Shown: in pieces, positions 38,145 through 47,157 of the stretch | How the letters are laid out: each line of letters begins with the position of its first letter | How positions within the stretch are numbered: the stretch's first letter is position 1 | Assembly (NCBI GenBank): GCA_035935755.1 | Contig: DASYWU010000048.1 | Coordinates: 78,829 to 142,828 of the forward strand | Source of the DNA: Terracidiphilus sp. | Lineage (GTDB): Bacteria; Acidobacteriota; Terriglobia; Terriglobales; Acidobacteriaceae | Reading direction: 5' to 3' | DNA: 64,000 nucleotides | The notes under the pieces: generated by a model | Seen by the model: only the letters and a program-made list of their open reading frames with translations | What the model was told of the DNA's origin: nothing | Databases searched by the model: none | Translations under genes and position numbers: made by a program

Positions 38145-38878
38145 TTCACCTCCTGCCGGATGAGCTCAAGCGTTCTCTCAGTGAGCGGCGCATACCATCA
38201 AAAACCGCTTCACAGTAGAACCGCCATATCGAAACAGAACTCACATCAAAATCGCAGACAGCAAGCTATCCAGGTTTGTGCGCTGAATTCGGCGCGCCTG
38301 CTTTTAAATGAAGACAGAATGGAAACGACTGGGCCGGGCCCTATGAAGGAAGCGCGTGCATAGCGCAGGATGACTCAAGCCGAATCAGATCACGCCGCAC
38401 TGCTGGAAAAATATGAATAGCGGCATCTTACAAATCCCGCTGGAGATTGCACATAACCTTTTTGCTGAGGGGGACATAGCCAATCCGGGGCAGTCTCTTT
38501 CAGGCGTGGGTCAAAAACAAGCCTTCCCGCAGACCGTCTCAACCCAGGGTGCACCCCAAAGCTTGTCAAGCCCTTGCCGCAAAAATATTTTTCAAGTCCT
38601 CTGTTTCCAGCAGCTTGGAAGGGGTGGCAATTTGCCGATTAATTATTCCGCATGGAGCACAATAGAAAACATAGAACCAGAACCGGAGCAGAAATGCAGC
38701 CGTATCAGCTCAACGCTACACAGCAACGAATTCCGAACGCTATAAATCCGAGTGGCCTTTTCATTTCGGGGTCCCCGGCGACTTGTGTTCGTCGCCGAGG
38801 TGGAAGTAAAAGCCACCTTGGAATTCAATTGACACCGGCACTCATCAGCGAAGCTGTTACCTGCCGGTCGATAGCCGC

Positions 38879-38958
38879 GAACTGTGAACTACGAACTAGG
38901 AACTATGAACTGCCAGCTGTTACTTCTTCACTGTCCACCGTTCACCGTTCACTGTTCC
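38879..38958. repeat. Two inverted arrays of 7-bp GAAC-phased repeats flanking a central CAGCTG
   Basis: Left array: GAACTGT GAACTAC GAACTAG GAACTAT GAACTGC (38879-38913). Right array, read on the opposite strand: GAACAGT GAACGGT GAACGGT GGACAGT GAAGAAG (38958-38921). Confidence 0.8.
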
Positions 38959-38981
38959 CTCTTAGCTGCGGCCGCTTCTAC

Positions 38982-39006
38982 GCGCCTTCTGGCGCCTTTT
39001 ATTTTT
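38982..39006 (+). terminator. Weak rho-independent terminator-like element (GCGCC-ttct-GGCGC followed by TTTTATTTTT)
   Basis: 5-bp GC stem plus a 10-nt T-rich tract on the plus strand, at the end of the non-coding gap. Confidence 0.35.
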
Positions 39007-39038
39007 CACTATGCAGCAATGCAGCAATGCACTTTCCG

Positions 39039-40985
39039 CTACTGCAACACCAGCGGCTCATTCGCCGCTGCCGAAGTGTTTTGCAGGTTCGTCACGTGTA
39101 CACCGGCCTGAACCTCCGGCACTGAGCCGTCGTTAAGCTGCACCTGCGTTGGCTCACCCTGGATCAGAACCCGCTGCACAATCTTGCCCTGCGCCGGAAC
39201 CATCACCCACCGCGTCACCGCGGTGTTCCCCGCTTTCACCGTCAACGGAACTTGCGCCGCCGCGTACCCCGCATTGGACACGTCCACGGCTACCAGCCAG
39301 TTGCCTCCCGCGGCCTCGCTCGGATACACGTGGTCGATACTCAGATCGGGCAGACCGTCATCCGCGTTGATCCACTGCGAGAAGAACCAGCCCAGATCGC
39401 GCCCGTCACCCGCCTGCTCGATACACTTTTCCAGCGAGAGCGCCGATTTGCCCGCCGCGCCATTCGCGCTCTGCGCGTTGTAGGCACGCAGCGCGCTTGC
39501 CAGCGCCTTGTCGCCTACCAGGTCGCGCAGCATCCACAACACGTAAACCGCTTTCGTCCGGTAGTAGATCGGCGTATACGCCTCGGGCAGCGGCTCGCCC
39601 GCACTCACTCCCGGACTCGCCGGTTCCACAAGCGCGAGCGCCTGGCGCGACGATCCGAGCGCAGTGAGCGCCTTGTCGCGCCCACCCTGCCGCTCGATCC
39701 ACATCGTGCCCATGAAATCAGCAACGCCTTCGCTCAGCCACGCTTGCGGCGAATCGACATAAGCATGGCTCAGCGCATGCGCAAGAATTCTTGAAACCTC
39801 GGTGGCGGCGCCCGGTTTGACTCCGGTGGCCAGAAACGCCCCATCCTCGAACGGCGCATCATTCGCGTCCGGCAGGTCCAGCACCGTCACCGCCGTGTGC
39901 GGCGCGTCGCCCAGCCAGCTCTTGAGGAATGGCGTCACTTCGTCGTCCGATGCTTTCCACGAAAATGCCGCCGCGTCATCCGCGGCCAGCGTCCACAGTT
40001 TCATGTTCGGCGCCACCGCATGCTGGTCGCGCACCGCGATAAATAAGCTCGGCGCCTGAAAGCCAAGCGTCGAGCCGGAAAGATTCGCCGTCGCCACACC
40101 TGCGACTTCTGCGCTGTCGGCTTTGGTCACGGTCAGCGGAACGGAGTGCCCGTTGACCACCGCAACTGTCGGAGCCTGCCCCTGCGGAAACTCATCCGTC
40201 AGCCGCAGGTTGAAGCTCGCGCCGGTCAGCCGCAGTTTCTGTCGCCCGATTTCATCGAACAGTTTCGCGCCATCGCCGAGCAACGCCGGCACGCTGGCCA
40301 CGGGATACCACACCACGTCTCCGAAGCCGCGCAGGCCGGTGAAATCCGTTCCGATCCCATCCCAGTCGGACTGCATTGCCGCCTCGTCCGGCGCACCGAT
40401 TGCCTTTAGCCGCTTGGCATTGAGCGCAATCTCGCCAGAATAATTCACGTCAAGTAAGGCGCTCGCCCCCGGCGCAAGCGGTGCGGCCAAGGGCACTGCA
40501 GCTTCGTGCAACTGTCCGGTGTGGTCGGCGTCCGAATTCAGCGTCGCCACCGGGAACTGCACATCTCGTCCGTCGAGGCGGATGCTTTCCCACTTAAGCG
40601 ACGAAGAAATCTGCAGCGGAATGCGCGTGAGCGGCGCCGTTCCGTCATTGCGCACCGTCACCCGGGCACGCACGGCGATGTGCTGCTGCGCCGCCTCCAG
40701 GCGCACATCCATGTCATAAGCTGTGCATCGAACCGCCTGACGCTCCGCATCCGTTGCAGCCGGCGCAGCGGTGGAAAGCTCCACGGACTGCGCCGCCGGA
40801 CCAACGATCGTCTTCGTCTCGCCGTTCGGGTCTGTGGTTCGCGAAAAGACAACTTTCCCCGGCATCTGCGGCGCCGCCTGAACCGGTTGCTGCGCGCTTT
40901 GTGCTGAAGTTGTCGATTGCGCAACGCAGGGCAAAAGTGCAAAACCGGCTGCGAATGCCGCAACACCGGCCAATAAAACCTTCAT
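39039..40985 (-). CDS. Secreted M1-like (gluzincin aminopeptidase N-type) protein with a degenerate HExxH motif (HALSH)
   Basis: Signal peptide. ILAHALSHAY..WLSEGVADFMG occupies the position of HExxH...WLNEGFA, and a downstream YYRTKAVYVLWMLRDLVG motif is present. The start overlaps the rlmB stop (ATGA). Confidence 0.65.
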   Translation of the reverse strand: MKVLLAGVAAFAAGFALLPCVAQSTTSAQSAQQPVQAAPQMPGKVVFSRTTDPNGETKTIVGPAAQSVELSTAAPAATDAERQAVRCTAYDMDVRLEAAQQHIAVRARVTVRNDGTAPLTRIPLQISSSLKWESIRLDGRDVQFPVATLNSDADHTGQLHEAAVPLAAPLAPGASALLDVNYSGEIALNAKRLKAIGAPDEAAMQSDWDGIGTDFTGLRGFGDVVWYPVASVPALLGDGAKLFDEIGRQKLRLTGASFNLRLTDEFPQGQAPTVAVVNGHSVPLTVTKADSAEVAGVATANLSGSTLGFQAPSLFIAVRDQHAVAPNMKLWTLAADDAAAFSWKASDDEVTPFLKSWLGDAPHTAVTVLDLPDANDAPFEDGAFLATGVKPGAATEVSRILAHALSHAYVDSPQAWLSEGVADFMGTMWIERQGGRDKALTALGSSRQALALVEPASPGVSAGEPLPEAYTPIYYRTKAVYVLWMLRDLVGDKALASALRAYNAQSANGAAGKSALSLEKCIEQAGDGRDLGWFFSQWINADDGLPDLSIDHVYPSEAAGGNWLVAVDVSNAGYAAAQVPLTVKAGNTAVTRWVMVPAQGKIVQRVLIQGEPTQVQLNDGSVPEVQAGVHVTNLQNTSAAANEPLVLQ

Positions 40986-41785
40986 GAACCCAAGCCTTTC
41001 TGCTTTGTTGATTTTGACGCGGCTGCTGCCTTTGGGAAAGCCGCCACTTGTCGCCGCTGCCGTGCGGCTTCAAATAAAACCACCGCGCCCGCCGCCGATA
41101 CGTTCAGCGAGCTGACCCCTCCCGCCATGGGGATTCGCAGTAGAAAATCGCAGGTGCGCCGCACCAGTTCGTGCAGCCCCGCGCCTTCCCGGCCCAGCAC
41201 CAGAACACAGTCCCCAGTCAGGTCGAAGTGATCGTAATTCGTCTCGCCGCGTTCGTCCAGTCCTACGATCCATAAGTTGTGCCGCTTAAGCTCCTCCAGA
41301 GCCCGCACCAGGTTCACCACCCGCGCAATGCGCAGATGCTCGGCCGCGCCGGCGCTCGCTTTTACTGCTGCTGCGCTCAACGGCGCCGATCGACGCTCAG
41401 TGAGAATAACCCCGTCCACGCCGGCCCCGTCGGCGACGCGCAGAAGCGCCCCCAGGTTTTGCGGATCCTCGATGCCATCCAGCGCAAGTACCAGACGGGC
41501 CGCGCCCGTCTTTGCCTCCGGTCCGCGTTCGAACAAATCCTCGATTGCAAGAAATTCCTGGAGCCGCACCAGCGCCACCACGCCCTGGTGGGCGTCGGTC
41601 TTCGCGGCCTGCGTCAGTTGCTCGCGCGGCTCGCGGCGCACGCGGATGCCCGCCTGCCGGCATTGCGCGGCCAACCGCTCCAGGCGCTCATCCTGTCGCT
41701 CCCGCGCCACCAGCACCTGGTCGAATCGCCGCTTTCCGGCGCGCAGAGCCTCCTCCACCGGGTGCAGGCCATAAAGCACTTCCAT
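40982..41785 (-). CDS. rlmB: 23S rRNA (guanosine-2'-O)-methyltransferase RlmB (SpoU/TrmH family)
   Basis: N-terminal LYGLHPVEEAL (SpoU_sub_bind) and SpoU motifs (EDPQNLGALLRVADGAG, LVLGREGAGL, IPMAGGVSSLNVS). Confidence 0.85.
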   Translation of the reverse strand: MEVLYGLHPVEEALRAGKRRFDQVLVARERQDERLERLAAQCRQAGIRVRREPREQLTQAAKTDAHQGVVALVRLQEFLAIEDLFERGPEAKTGAARLVLALDGIEDPQNLGALLRVADGAGVDGVILTERRSAPLSAAAVKASAGAAEHLRIARVVNLVRALEELKRHNLWIVGLDERGETNYDHFDLTGDCVLVLGREGAGLHELVRRTCDFLLRIPMAGGVSSLNVSAAGAVVLFEAARQRRQVAAFPKAAAASKSTKQKGLGS

Positions 41786-41841
41786 ACTTCCAGTTTAGTG
41801 GCTCGCCGGGAATTGTACGAGCTTGCCGCAACAGGCGTTTC

Positions 41842-42567
41842 ATGTCGCATAATGCCGAAATAAGAACTCCGATGCCCGCTCCCCAACGGAAGTCCTTTAC
41901 CGCTATCCTCGAGCCTGACGGAACCCAGTTGCGCTGGGTCATCGCGCGGGTGCCTTTCGACGTCCAAAAAGCATGGCCGGTACGCCGTCGGCAGCGCGTG
42001 CGCGGCGAAATTGAAGGCTATCCCTTCCGCACCTCCCTGTTTCCCGATCCGCGCGGCTCTGGCCGCATTCTGCTGGTCAATAAAAAAATGCAGTCTGCCG
42101 CGAAAGCCGGTCCCGGCGCTCGCGTGAGCATCTGGCTGGAGCCGGATTTGGAAGAACGTCCCATCAGCATCCCACCGGAACTCGCGCGCGAGCTTAAGAG
42201 CGATCGCCGCCTGCGGAACTGGTTCAACGAGCTCAGCGAGTCGATGCGCCGGGAGATTGGCAAGTGGGTGGACGACGCCAAAGGCCCTGAAATCCGCCGT
42301 AAGCGCGCAGAAAAAATGGCCGAACGACTCATGCAGGCCATGGAAGGCGAAGAGGATCCGCCACCTATTCTTCGCGCTGCCTTTCAGCGCCAGCCGCTGG
42401 CCCGCGAAGGCTGGTTCGCCCTCACTCCGGTGCAGCGCCGAAATCATCTGCTCGGGATCTTCTACTACGAAACCGCCGATGCGCGGGAGCGCCGGGCAGG
42501 CAAGGCCATCGGAGATGCCCTGCGCGCCGCGCGCAAATCCTCCGGCAAACTCCCGGCGGATACGTAG
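41842..42567 (+). CDS. DUF1905 plus YdeI/OmpD-associated domain protein
   Basis: I chose the start at MSHNAEIRT (ATG at 41842). DUF1905-like FTAILEPDG..W.IARVPFDV..G.PFRTSLFP, and a YdeI-like C-terminus (RRKRAEKMAERL). Confidence 0.6.
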   Translation: MSHNAEIRTPMPAPQRKSFTAILEPDGTQLRWVIARVPFDVQKAWPVRRRQRVRGEIEGYPFRTSLFPDPRGSGRILLVNKKMQSAAKAGPGARVSIWLEPDLEERPISIPPELARELKSDRRLRNWFNELSESMRREIGKWVDDAKGPEIRRKRAEKMAERLMQAMEGEEDPPPILRAAFQRQPLAREGWFALTPVQRRNHLLGIFYYETADARERRAGKAIGDALRAARKSSGKLPADT

Positions 42568-42672
42568 ACTTCATCGGTTCGCAGCCCCAAATCCGAGAAT
42601 TTTATCGAAAAAATCCATACTTGAACGATTTAGCTAGGCCGCGGCGGGCACTTTGTCGTCTAATGGAACAAG

Positions 42673-43329
42673 ATGAAGGGGATTACCATCCAGCCGTTTT
42701 TCTCGAGGGGCGCTGCATCCATTGCGGTCGATGAGCAGGCCCGACAGGAGAGCCTTGCCGTCGCGCACGGTCTCAAACGGCAGGACCTGGGGCTGCTCGA
42801 CGAGCTGATCGTCCGCTACCAGCATCGCCTTCTGCGCTATCTGCTTTTTCTTACGGGAAATCGTGAGCTGGCAGACGACCTCTTCCAGGACGTGTGGATG
42901 CGGGTTCTCGTGCGCGGAGCCCAGTTCAACGGGCAGGCCCGGTTCGAGACCTGGCTTTTCACCATTGCCCGGAATCTGGTCATCGATCACCGCCGCAAGC
43001 GCGTCATGGCCAGCCTCGACGAGCTGGTCGAGTGTGGCGGCGAGGACGACCGTCCCATGAGCTTCGAAGTCGCCGACGACGAACCCACCCCGTTCGATCG
43101 CCTTTCCAGCCTGGAAGACCGGGAGCATATCGCCGCGGCGCTTCTGGAACTGGATGCTCTCCACCGGGAGGTTCTCGTACTGCGCTTCCATGAGGAGATG
43201 TCGCTGGAAGAAATCGCAAAAGTGACGCGCGCGCCCCTATCCACAGTCAAGTCTCGGCTTTATAGAGGGTTAGCGATGGTCAAGCCCCGGCTCGAGCACC
43301 ACCGGATGGGTGCCCAGGAGGCGGTTTGA
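42673..43329 (+). CDS. ECF-type RNA polymerase sigma factor
   Basis: Region 2 (LLRYLLFLTGNRELADDLFQDVW, FETWLFTIARNLVIDHRRKR) and region 4 (LRFHEEMSLEEIAKVTRAPLSTVKSRLYRG). Confidence 0.9.
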   Translation: MKGITIQPFFSRGAASIAVDEQARQESLAVAHGLKRQDLGLLDELIVRYQHRLLRYLLFLTGNRELADDLFQDVWMRVLVRGAQFNGQARFETWLFTIARNLVIDHRRKRVMASLDELVECGGEDDRPMSFEVADDEPTPFDRLSSLEDREHIAAALLELDALHREVLVLRFHEEMSLEEIAKVTRAPLSTVKSRLYRGLAMVKPRLEHHRMGAQEAV

Positions 43330-43715
43330 AGACGGTGCAACAGGCTGCGGCAAACACTCCGGGAAAGGTGCAGACTGGGCCCAACAGCAGTCGCGAACTG
43401 GTCGAGGCGCTGGCCGGCAGACAGGCGGACCACGAAAGCGCCATCGCGCATCGCACCCGCCGTGTGGTCATGGCATCTCTCGGCGTGATGCAGGAACAGA
43501 AAGCCGGCCGCCGGCGCACCCGCTCCGTGGCTATTGCCTGTGTTCTCGTAGCCTTGCTGCTGCTCGGCCCCGCCGCCTGGCGGGTGGCTGACGATTTGAT
43601 CGGCGGGGAGCGTTTCAGCGACGTCACCACTCAATTCAGCCTCTGGTTTTCCTTCTTTTGCCTGGCCATCGTGGGCGCCGTACTGGTAGCCGGCTGGGCC
43701 CGACGCAAGTCCTGA
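43326..43715 (+). CDS. Putative membrane anti-sigma factor
   Basis: 129-aa ORF whose TTG start overlaps the sigma-factor stop. Two hydrophobic helices. The assignment rests on position only. Confidence 0.45.
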   Translation: MKTVQQAAANTPGKVQTGPNSSRELVEALAGRQADHESAIAHRTRRVVMASLGVMQEQKAGRRRTRSVAIACVLVALLLLGPAAWRVADDLIGGERFSDVTTQFSLWFSFFCLAIVGAVLVAGWARRKS

Positions 43716-43856
43716 ACCTTCCAATCTTTCCCCCTCTCGCCGGTTACCTTCTGGCCCTTCCGGTCCCGGCAACTTCCCGCGTCCCTCATTCGTCCCATTT
43801 ACATAAGCCCCTACCTGAGCTTAAGCTTCTGGGCTGGCGCTCCTGGGGCCTTGCCA

Positions 43857-44384
43857 ATGGACGATCCACAAACCATCGCGATGAATGACGACGAACGGAT
43901 GATTCCGGTCTGGTCCATGGTGGCCGCCGGATTGGCCTTCGTTCTAGTCGAATACTACTTCTGGATGATTGCTCCGGCCCACCGCCATCATCCTGCCTCC
44001 GCGCTCGGCTTCCGCCTTTACTTCAATCTCTCCTGGGGCACGCTCGCCGCGCTCTACTTCCTGATGATCGGCTACGTCAGCAAGGACGCCCCGCGGCGCG
44101 CGATGAGCACCCGCTTCTGGATGCTGATCTGCTTCGTCATGCCCGCCGGGATCGGCGCCGTCCTCTATTTTCTGCTGCGCCAGCCCATCGTCTCCCGCTG
44201 CCAGGCCTGCGGCACCCACGTGCTCAGCGATTTCCATTTCTGCCCGCAGTGCGCGTACCAACTGACCGCCAGTTGCGGCAACTGCTACCGCACTGTCCGC
44301 GCTACCGACCAGTTCTGCACCCGCTGCGGGCATGAGCTCGCCGCCGATCACATGCCGGCACGTCTCCATGTGCTCGGCGAGTAA
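43857..44384 (+). CDS. Membrane protein with a PLDc_N-like helix pair and a C-terminal double zinc ribbon
   Basis: FWMLICFVMPAGIGAVLYFLLRQP (PLDc_N-like), then CQACG..FCPQC and CGNC..FCTRCG Cys pairs. I prefer the ATG at 43857 over the TTG at 43851. Confidence 0.55.
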   Translation: MDDPQTIAMNDDERMIPVWSMVAAGLAFVLVEYYFWMIAPAHRHHPASALGFRLYFNLSWGTLAALYFLMIGYVSKDAPRRAMSTRFWMLICFVMPAGIGAVLYFLLRQPIVSRCQACGTHVLSDFHFCPQCAYQLTASCGNCYRTVRATDQFCTRCGHELAADHMPARLHVLGE

Positions 44385-44403
44385 GCGGCCCTCGTGAGGC
44401 TGG

Positions 44404-44616
44404 ATGTCGAAACTGACTCTCAGTCCCTGGATCGTTCTGCTCGCGTCTGCAGGTCTTCTTTACAACGCGGTAGATGGCTTCATCACTGGGAGGGTATACC
44501 TGTGCTATTCGACTGTGGCACGATCTGAGGATTCGCTCGTTTATTGGTTGGGCGTATGTGGGTCCGCCGTACTGGCTTTAGGATGCGCAGTAGGCGCACT
44601 GGCCGTTCTCCTGTGA
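44404..44616 (+). CDS. Small hypothetical membrane protein (70 aa)
   Basis: Two hydrophobic helices. Supported only by ORF length and position. Confidence 0.3.
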   Translation: MSKLTLSPWIVLLASAGLLYNAVDGFITGRVYLCYSTVARSEDSLVYWLGVCGSAVLALGCAVGALAVLL

Positions 44617-44720
44617 ATTAATAGCCCGACTCGCATGCAGCTGACAAGTTGAAGCGCACTCAGTTACCTCGCGTTGACCGTGCCGCGCGCTCTCCCTACA
44701 ATCATCCAAGCCTGTTGCTT

Positions 44721-45545
44721 ATGCCCATCTCCGCCCTCATAGTCGACGACGAACAACTGGCCCGCGACGAGCTCAAATACCTCCTCGATTCGATGGGTGA
44801 CGTGAACATCGTCGCCTTGGGCGCCAACGGCATTGAAGCCGTCGACCTGATTGAGCGCCACCATCCCGATCTCGTTTTTCTCGACGTCCAGATGCCTGGC
44901 CTCGATGGCTTCGCCGTCATCGAGCGCCTGATGGAACATAAGCGCACCAAAGGAGCGGCTGGCAAGGAGCACCACGCGATGCCGCAGGTCGTCTTTGCCA
45001 CGGCTTACGACCAGTACGCGGTCCGCGCTTTCGACGTGAACGCTGTCGACTATCTCCTCAAGCCCTTCGACCGCGATCGCGTCTTCCAGACAGTCGAGCG
45101 CGCTCGCAACCGTCTGGCGGGAAACGCCGGCGGCACGCAGATGGAGTCTCAGCTTGGCGAAGTGTTGCGCCTGCTCAATCGCCCGCAGGGCGCCGAGCGC
45201 GCTCACGCTCCGGCAAAGCTCATCGTCCAGGCGCAAACCCGGCTGCTTCTCGTGGACCAGTCGGAGATCTGTTTCGCCGCCGTTGATGACGGCATCATCC
45301 GCGTAGTCACGCAGAGCTTCGAGGGCCATTCCAAGTGCCGCACACTGGAAGAGCTTCAGGAACTGCTTGATCCGGCGCACTTCTGGCGGGCCCACCGCGG
45401 CTTCCTGGTCAACATCGATCAGATCCGCGAAGTCGTCCCCTGGTTTAAGTCGAGCTATCAGCTGCGCATGAACGACAAGCAGCGCACAGAAATTCCCGTC
45501 AGCCGCGCCCAGACCAAGCGCCTCCGGGAGCTATTCAATCTCTAG
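44721..45545 (+). CDS. LytTR-family response regulator (REC plus LytTR DNA-binding domain)
   Basis: REC motifs (LIVDDE, DLVFLDVQMPGLDG, and LKP within DYLLKPF) and a LytTR C-terminus (FWRAHRGFLVNIDQI). I chose the start at MPISALIVDDE. Confidence 0.85.
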   Translation: MPISALIVDDEQLARDELKYLLDSMGDVNIVALGANGIEAVDLIERHHPDLVFLDVQMPGLDGFAVIERLMEHKRTKGAAGKEHHAMPQVVFATAYDQYAVRAFDVNAVDYLLKPFDRDRVFQTVERARNRLAGNAGGTQMESQLGEVLRLLNRPQGAERAHAPAKLIVQAQTRLLLVDQSEICFAAVDDGIIRVVTQSFEGHSKCRTLEELQELLDPAHFWRAHRGFLVNIDQIREVVPWFKSSYQLRMNDKQRTEIPVSRAQTKRLRELFNL

Positions 45546-45668
45546 CGTGCACCCCGCGCAATGGGCGCACGCTGTCACGTATAGAATGGCGTCAGCCTTG
45601 TCCGGCTGCAGTGGCGCTTCCGCACTAAAACCTAGCCCTGCGGAATTGAGCGGAACGCGGAGCGAATC

Positions 45669-46049
45669 ATGTCCTCAAGCACTCACCATCGGTGGTCCGA
45701 CATTGAACCCGAGCAACTCACTCCGCTCGTGACCCGCCAATACATCGTCGGCTCCAACGTCATGCTCGCCCGCCTGTTCCTCAAAAAGGGCTCACGCGTG
45801 CCGCTGCATCACCACCATCACGAGCAGGTCAGCCACGTCGTCGAGGGTGCGCTCAAATTTCTCCTCGAGGGCAGGGAAGTGACGGTCCGCGCCGGTGAGG
45901 TCCTCTGCATTCCGCCGCACGTTCCTCACGAGGTCATCTCTCTCGAAGATTCCGTCGCCCTCGACATCTTCAACCCTCCACGCGAAGACTGGATCAGCGG
46001 CGATGACGCCTATCTGCGCACGCCGGCGCCGGCTCCCGCCGCCGAATAA
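45669..46049 (+). CDS. Cupin-domain protein
   Basis: 126 aa. Cupin motifs around PLHHHHHEQVSHVVEG and CIPPHVPHEV. Confidence 0.7.
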   Translation: MSSSTHHRWSDIEPEQLTPLVTRQYIVGSNVMLARLFLKKGSRVPLHHHHHEQVSHVVEGALKFLLEGREVTVRAGEVLCIPPHVPHEVISLEDSVALDIFNPPREDWISGDDAYLRTPAPAPAAE

Positions 46050-46090
46050 GCCGGGCCACTCCTCGCCTTCCATTTACAATGGGGTTCGGT

Positions 46091-46969
46091 ATGTCGTGGT
46101 TTAAACGAGAAGACGTTGACTCTGAAACGGGACCGGCTCTTGCCAACGGCACCGACGGGTCAGAGAAGACCGTCAGGACCGAAGGCCTCTGGGTCAAGTG
46201 CCAGGGTTGCAGGCAGACGATCTGGAAAGCCGACCTCGAGGCCAACCTCAACGTCTGCCCGAAGTGCCAGCACCATTTCAAGCTCAGCGCCCACCAGCGC
46301 ATCGACATGCTCCTCGAGCCGGGGTATGAGTTCGTCGACACCGGCCTCCGTTCCACTGACCCCCTGAAATTCACTGACGTAAAGCCGTACAGGCAGCGCC
46401 TGCGCAACGCACAGGAGTCCACCGGGCTCAATGATGCGATCCTCACCGCGGTTGGCCAGCTCGGTCCTCACATCGTTGTGCTCAGCGCCATGGAATACGG
46501 CTTCATTGGCGGTTCCATGGGCGCCGTGGTCGGCGAAACCATCGCCCGGGCCATCGACCGCGCCCGCGTCGGGCGCAAGCCGCTCATTGTCGTGGCCGCT
46601 TCCGGCGGCGCACGCATGATGGAAGGCGTCGTCAGCCTGATGCAGATGGCAAAAATCTCCACCGGCCTCGCGCAACTCGACGATGCGCGCGTACCTTATA
46701 TCTGCGTGCTCACCGACCCGACCACCGGCGGCGTGACCGCGAGCTTTGCCATGCTTGGCGACCTAAATATTGCCGAGCCCGGCGCCCTCATCGGCTTTGC
46801 CGGCCCACGGGTCATCGAGCAGACCATTCGCCAGAAGCTGCCCGAAGGTTTCCAGCGCTCCGAATTCCTTCTCGAAAAGGGCTTCCTCGATGCGGTCGTT
46901 CCCCGCAGCGAGCTCAAAAATTATCTAATCCGCGCTCTCGACTTCCTGAAAGCTCCCGAAACCACCTGA
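46091..46969 (+). CDS. accD: Acetyl-CoA carboxylase carboxyltransferase beta subunit AccD
   Basis: MSWFKRE N-terminus, zinc ribbon CQGCRQ..CPKCQHH, and a GGSMG/GGARMMEG carboxyltransferase core. Confidence 0.9.
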   Translation: MSWFKREDVDSETGPALANGTDGSEKTVRTEGLWVKCQGCRQTIWKADLEANLNVCPKCQHHFKLSAHQRIDMLLEPGYEFVDTGLRSTDPLKFTDVKPYRQRLRNAQESTGLNDAILTAVGQLGPHIVVLSAMEYGFIGGSMGAVVGETIARAIDRARVGRKPLIVVAASGGARMMEGVVSLMQMAKISTGLAQLDDARVPYICVLTDPTTGGVTASFAMLGDLNIAEPGALIGFAGPRVIEQTIRQKLPEGFQRSEFLLEKGFLDAVVPRSELKNYLIRALDFLKAPETT

Positions 46970-47157
46970 AACACCCATCCACCTGCTGAACCCTTTTCTG
47001 CTGTCCGTGTCAGCGCGCCCACACTGCGGTTCCGCTGACACGCCGCCGCTCGTTCTGAATCAGCAATAACCCTCGTGTTTTCAGCGCCTCGACTCTGGCT
47101 TCCCGCATGCAAATTGTACGGGCAGAAAGCTGAACATGCAGTACCGGAGGGGATGCG

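Noticed and set aside
38413-38745. 110-aa plus-strand ORF in the AT-richer gap
   Set aside because: No ribosome-binding site. The composition differs from neighbouring genes, there are no motifs, and the region is better explained as non-coding.
26188-39038. Search for an integrase, transposase, recombinase or tRNA at the borders of the accessory region
   Set aside because: None of the ORFs on either strand resembles these families, and no tRNA-like sequence was seen. The mobility mechanism is therefore left open rather than calling a mobile element.
41512-41841. N-terminal 110-codon extension of ORF 41512-42567
   Set aside because: It overlaps rlmB on the opposite strand and is Pro/Arg/Ala-rich. 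The DUF1905-like sequence begins at the ATG at 41842.
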